Shown here piece after piece: positions 35,078 to 39,596 of a stretch of 39,596 nt of DNA. Location of the stretch: positions 6,197,988-6,237,583 of the forward strand of contig NC_057718.1 in NCBI RefSeq assembly GCF_004010195.1, in the 5' to 3' direction. Origin of the DNA: Chiloscyllium plagiosum (taxonomy: Eukaryota). The notes under the pieces were generated by a model that was not told the DNA's origin, did not search any database, and saw only the letters and a list, made by a program, of their open reading frames with translations. Position 1 is the stretch's first letter. Every line of letters begins with the position of its first letter. The translations under genes and the position numbers were made by a program.

Positions 35078-35242
35078 AGAATCAGAGAATCCCAACAGAG
35101 CAGAAAAAGGCCATTTGGCCCATCACACCTGCCCTAACCTTTCTAAATAGACTGTCAACCAAAACCAGCCCTTCATGCCATCCTCATAAGCCCCCAAGCC
35201 CCACACGTTCCATGGCCAATCCACCTAACCTGCACATCTTTA
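35078..35242 (-). mobile_element. HE1-like SINE 3' fragment
   Basis: agaatcccaacagagcagaaaaaggccatttggcccatc...catggccaatccacctaacctgcacatcttt resembles 26768-26950. Confidence 0.65.
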
Positions 35243-38200
35243 GTCTCACTGTGTAACCTCAACTATGAAATATTACTAAGGTGCCTTTAAATCTGGTTGA
35301 CGTTGGTGCCTTGCTTCTTTTTATAATGCATAATCCATCTTAAATTTAAAACCCATTTTTGTCAATATACATCCTAAGCCTGAGTTAATAAAAGGAAGAC
35401 AATTTCAAAAGTAAATGTGAGAGGCATTTTTTTTTAACTAAAACTCTGCGACTTTTTCTGTGAATGGACTTTGATGCCAATTTTGAATTATTTGACAAAA
35501 AAAGTCCTTTGTCATATAAGTATCTTTCCTCTTTTATTTTAAGACTGATATAAACCTGTTTTGTCTTAGTTATCAAGCTAGAAGCTACAGCTATATTTTA
35601 CTTGCGTTTAAACCGAATAGACTGTTGAAGACAAAAATTCAAAAACACTTCACCAAATAAATTCTGTTTGCATAGACTATTGTTGCAGAAAACATTTAAT
35701 GAAACAATGATTAAGTCTCAATTGGAGCATTATGTCCAACTCTGGGCACCATGCTTTTGGAAGGGTGTTGAAGCTTTGGAGTGGGTACAAAGGAAATTGA
35801 CTGGACTGGTACCAGGACTGTATTGACATATTATTGAAGCCAAAATTGGCTTTTATTCCTTGGAAATTTGGAGATTTGGAGGTGATATAACTGTAATTAC
35901 TCAACTTAGAGTCATGGAAATTTATTGCATTGACCTTAGTGTTTATATCGGAGAAAAGTGTCCGCAAAACTCAATAAAGCATCTTCAAGGTCTTTGTTCA
36001 TCTTTGATAAGACTCAGAGTGGAAATCGTTAGTTGCACATCTATCCAGTAGAGAGATGGGAATGGTAATTAGTGGATGGGAAGAAAATGAGTTTGGAGCG
36101 GTGCAATAAACAAAGACTGATGCAGAGGAGACAAAACATCAGACACGACACAATCCAAAATCAAGACAGGGCCCCAGCCGATAGGCGAATCCTCAGAGGT
36201 GCGTTAATCCACTGCTTTACATTTTGTGTTCTGACCCAGCTATAAGAAGTGCGTTTGAGCGGTTCCATCTACGAGGAAGATTAGTCGGCACTTTCACAGA
36301 ACTTGAGTATTTACGGTGAAATATTCTGTCTGCTGATCTCATTAAGACTCCCGAAAGCACTTTCCAGAGTTTTGATGAGCTCTGCTGCAAAGCTCACTGG
36401 GTTCCACTTAAGCTGCATGCTTTCAACTGACAAATCCTGGCCATGAGAGCACACAGTAACTGCAAACTACATACCATTCTGACAAGGCCAAAAGATATTT
36501 ATTGTTTTAACTTCAGAAGATTTATATACCCAATGGAAAAGTGGCAAACGCACAAAGATAACAAATTTGTTTGCCCAGTTTGCGTAAAGATTTAAATCTT
36601 GCGGTTATCTTATTTTTGATCAGTGTTTCTCTCCAGCTTCCACTGGATTGCAAAGCTAGGACTGCCCTGCCATAGTGGAGAGAGGCGACCATTCGTGGGG
36701 TCAATATATCTGAGGGACCACATGTAATCTTGCTTCCCTTATCTTCAGCCAGTGTCAGAACTATGTTGCCAAAAAGTGACTGTGTTATTTGAAGGAAGCA
36801 GTAATAGTCACTTGTTACAGTGAAACGATGCCGACTATGACTCAATTGGAAGCACACTAGTTTCTGAGTCAGGCAGTGCATTCCAGATCATAACAACTCT
36901 CTATGTAAAAAAACAAATCCTCCTCCTCCTCTCTCTATTGTTTTTGATAATAATCTGTGAATTCTGCTTGCAACCCTCCTTCAAGTGGAAACCATTTCTC
37001 CTAACTCAACATTTCTAAATCTGAACGCCTCTGCTAAATCTTCCATAAACCTTTCTGCCCCAAGGAGCTGGGATCTTGAGTTATCAGGGGTAGATCACCC
37101 TTTAATCAATGAAAGTTAAGGGAATACAAGCCAAGTTTATTCAGTCTGCCCTTGTGGGCTAACACTTTAAACCTGGGTTTAGAGTTTGTGGCTTAGAAAC
37201 TGCTGTCAAAGGAAGCTTAGCGAGTTACTGATAATGCCAATGATGACCCATAAGAATATGGCAATATTCTGTTCTCCTCCTACATCATAAGATAAATAAA
37301 TGTATTTCTCCACTTCAGAATCACTGCACACAACTAACTGAGCTCTTCACTTCTATTAAGACAATTAATGTATAATATTTTTAAATTTGCACTGCTTTTC
37401 TCTTACTCCTTGTATCTCTTACCAGGCCAACCATTAGACTTGAACCAAGCTTCTACCAAGGCTATAAATACAGAGAGAAAACTCAAGAAAAGGAAAAGAT
37501 CTTTCAGCCCATCAGAACTATTACAATTAGAGTTCAAGCCTGATTATTCCCTCTTGAAAACCACTTCCTATTTGCTGCCTTAGGGAATACAATCTTCTTT
37601 CCTGAAGCTGCTATGAAAAACCACTGCAGTATTGTAACATGAAAACCTGTACCACCTGGTATCAAGCCAGCTAAATTCGAAACTACCAACTAACTTCAAA
37701 ATCAACTATCTGAGTATTTTACAACATCTTCCCCATCCCTAGGGAAATTAGTTTTCTTAACCCCTCACCCCACTTGAAATTTTGTATGAGTGTTGTCATC
37801 CCGTATTTCCCAATTAGTTTCCAGTCTCTGCTATTCCTTTCATGGCCAACATGACAAACTGTACGAGTGGACCTAGGAATAAATTTTCCACTAGGCTTTG
37901 CTTTGTTGTAGTACCTGATTGTTACTTGCCTTTACCACCACCAATTCCACAACCATCATGCACCCCTACCAGTAGCATTGCCAGTAATGTTGGGGAATTG
38001 TCTCTAATTCAGAACCAGTACTTGACAAAGCTCCATCCATCATATTGGAATACACCATATTGGGAGTATCTACATTCTCACTGTACTTCCAAATCAAGAG
38101 AGACAGTTTATTTATTTTTGGGCATTGAAACTAGCATTTATTTTCAGTCCGAAGTTTCCCAGCTTTTTAACCACTTTGGAAAATACTGAAGAATTAATAG

Positions 38201-39167
38201 CATGGTGTGAGACAATGCCTGGACCAGGTAATGGCATTAGTCAGGCTCTTTGTCAATCTGTTCTGATGCCAGACCGCTATGTCATTTACACAAACTGAAT
38301 TCACATTCTCAAAGCACCATGGTAGAGATTTGAAGTCACAATCTCTGGATTATTAACCCAGGCTTCAAGGATCTAGTTCAGTAACATGACCACTGCATGA
38401 CCACATCAAGTTGCGATTGCGACAGCAAAAATAAAAATCAGCCTCGTGCACAACTCTGAGCCAAAAACATTCAGTCACTCAGCTAATGAGTGTATATGAT
38501 AGTCTGCAAAGAAACCGCATCAATCTTTACATTCAACTTATCCAAGATTTGTCAAGTGCTTGTAACTAGGCTGTTAAATGGGTTGTGATATCATTGACTA
38601 TTAGTCAAGAAGGAAGAATGTAAAAACCATTCAATTTTCCATGCTGGCCCTTGTTATTCCGTGATCTTTCCACAATTTTGTAAAGACTTAGCGAGGTCCC
38701 GGGAGGCTGCACGCTGGAGCTGGCTAAAGCTCCATTGCTCAGCGTTTGCCAGCTACAATGAGAAAGATGCTTCTCGATCCTGATCTCCTCATTTGGCAGT
38801 GCACTGCCAAAACAAAAAACAAGCCCTTGCAGAATCCTTTTTGATGCAATTTTAATCTTCAAACAATGGAGGGAGTGCTTTTAATGTTCCAGGGTCAAGA
38901 CATTGATGCACAGTCTGTCCCTGCCCCCCAACTCCATTTCCTCCCTTCACTCTGTGAAATGATCTCTCCCAATCAAATTCTTTTATAACTGAACTCTTCC
39001 TTCAATTTTCAAGCTTACCTGCCTTGATCTCCTGTCTCTGCTGATGGTGCTGAGTTAAATGTCCATCTGTAGTAACTGGTTTGATGTAACTGAGCGGAAT
39101 TCACTTCAGAGGGTAGTCAAGATCCACACCCATTTCTGTTGATCTGGGGTCATGTATTTCCCTTAAG

Positions 39168-39354
39168 TGTTGGAGGCTGAGGGCTGACCTTATAAAAGTT
39201 TATAATCATGAGAGGTATGCACAGGGTGAATAGTCAAGGTCTTTTCCCCACAGTAAGGAAGCCCAAAACTCGAGGACATAGCTTTAAGATGAAAGGTGAA
39301 AAATATTAAAGAGACTTAAGGGGCAAATTTTTCATGTAGGGGTGATGTGTGTAT
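39168..39354 (+). mobile_element. CR1 LINE 3' fragment, cut by a Penelope insertion
   Basis: ggaggctgagggctgaccttataaaagtttata...aaaactcgaggacatagctttaag is similar to 14765-14950. Confidence 0.8.
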
Positions 39355-39596
39355 GGAGAAAGTGAGGACTGCAGATGCTGGAGATCAGAGCTGAAAATGT
39401 GTTGCTGGAAAAGAGCAGCAGGTCAGGCAGCATCCAAGGAACAGGAGAATCGACGTTTCGGGCATAAGCCCTTCTTCAGGAATGAGGAAAGTGTGTCCAG
39501 CAGGCTAAGATAAAAGGTAGGGAGGAGGGACTTGGGGGAGGGGCATTGGAAATGCGATAGGTGGAGGGAGGTCAAGGTGAGGGTGGTAGGCCAGAG
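39355..39596 (-). mobile_element. Young-looking Penelope-like element terminal repeat, running off the window end
   Basis: ggagaaagtgaggactgcagatgctggagatcagagc...gcagcaggtcaggcagca matches 17225-17301. The continuation is related to the reverse complement of 28960-29110. Confidence 0.85.
39448..39483 (-). ncRNA. Minimal type I hammerhead ribozyme motif with intact core
   Basis: Minus strand: ATTC-CTGAAGA-A-GGGC-TTAT-GCCC-GAA-ACGT-C-GATT. CUGANGA and GAAA cores, perfect 4-bp stem II, palindromic ACGT stem III, GUC triplet. Confidence 0.78.

Overview
Eukaryotic (vertebrate) genomic DNA. The repeat content (CR1/HER1-type LINEs, HE1-like and SacSINE1-like SINEs, Penelope-like elements) points to a cartilaginous fish, probably a shark; the species is an inference. 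The window lies inside one large minus-strand gene, collagen XII alpha-1 (col12a1 or a close paralog). I traced 11 consecutive internal exons with GT-AG ends and matching phases: 27642-27911, 24875-25141, 23394-23586, 16527-16651, 10460-10609, 10235-10354, 8507-8671, 7774-7920, 5171-5310, 4271-4400, 3011-3156. They splice into one open frame encoding FN3-FN3-FN3-VWA-FN3-partial FN3. Almost all other ORFs in the track are retroelement fragments or noise. An 812-N gap (32659-33470) falls inside a CR1 LINE. The most notable non-genic signal is a set of minimal hammerhead-ribozyme motifs (CTGANGA...GAAA) on three families of Penelope-type terminal repeats. Several of these are short palindromic insertions with 13-14 bp target-site duplications, and one motif with an intact core is on the collagen sense strand. 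There is no CRISPR array, rRNA or true tRNA. I cannot claim a new system: PLE hammerheads are a known class, and only the specific arrangements here merit follow-up.
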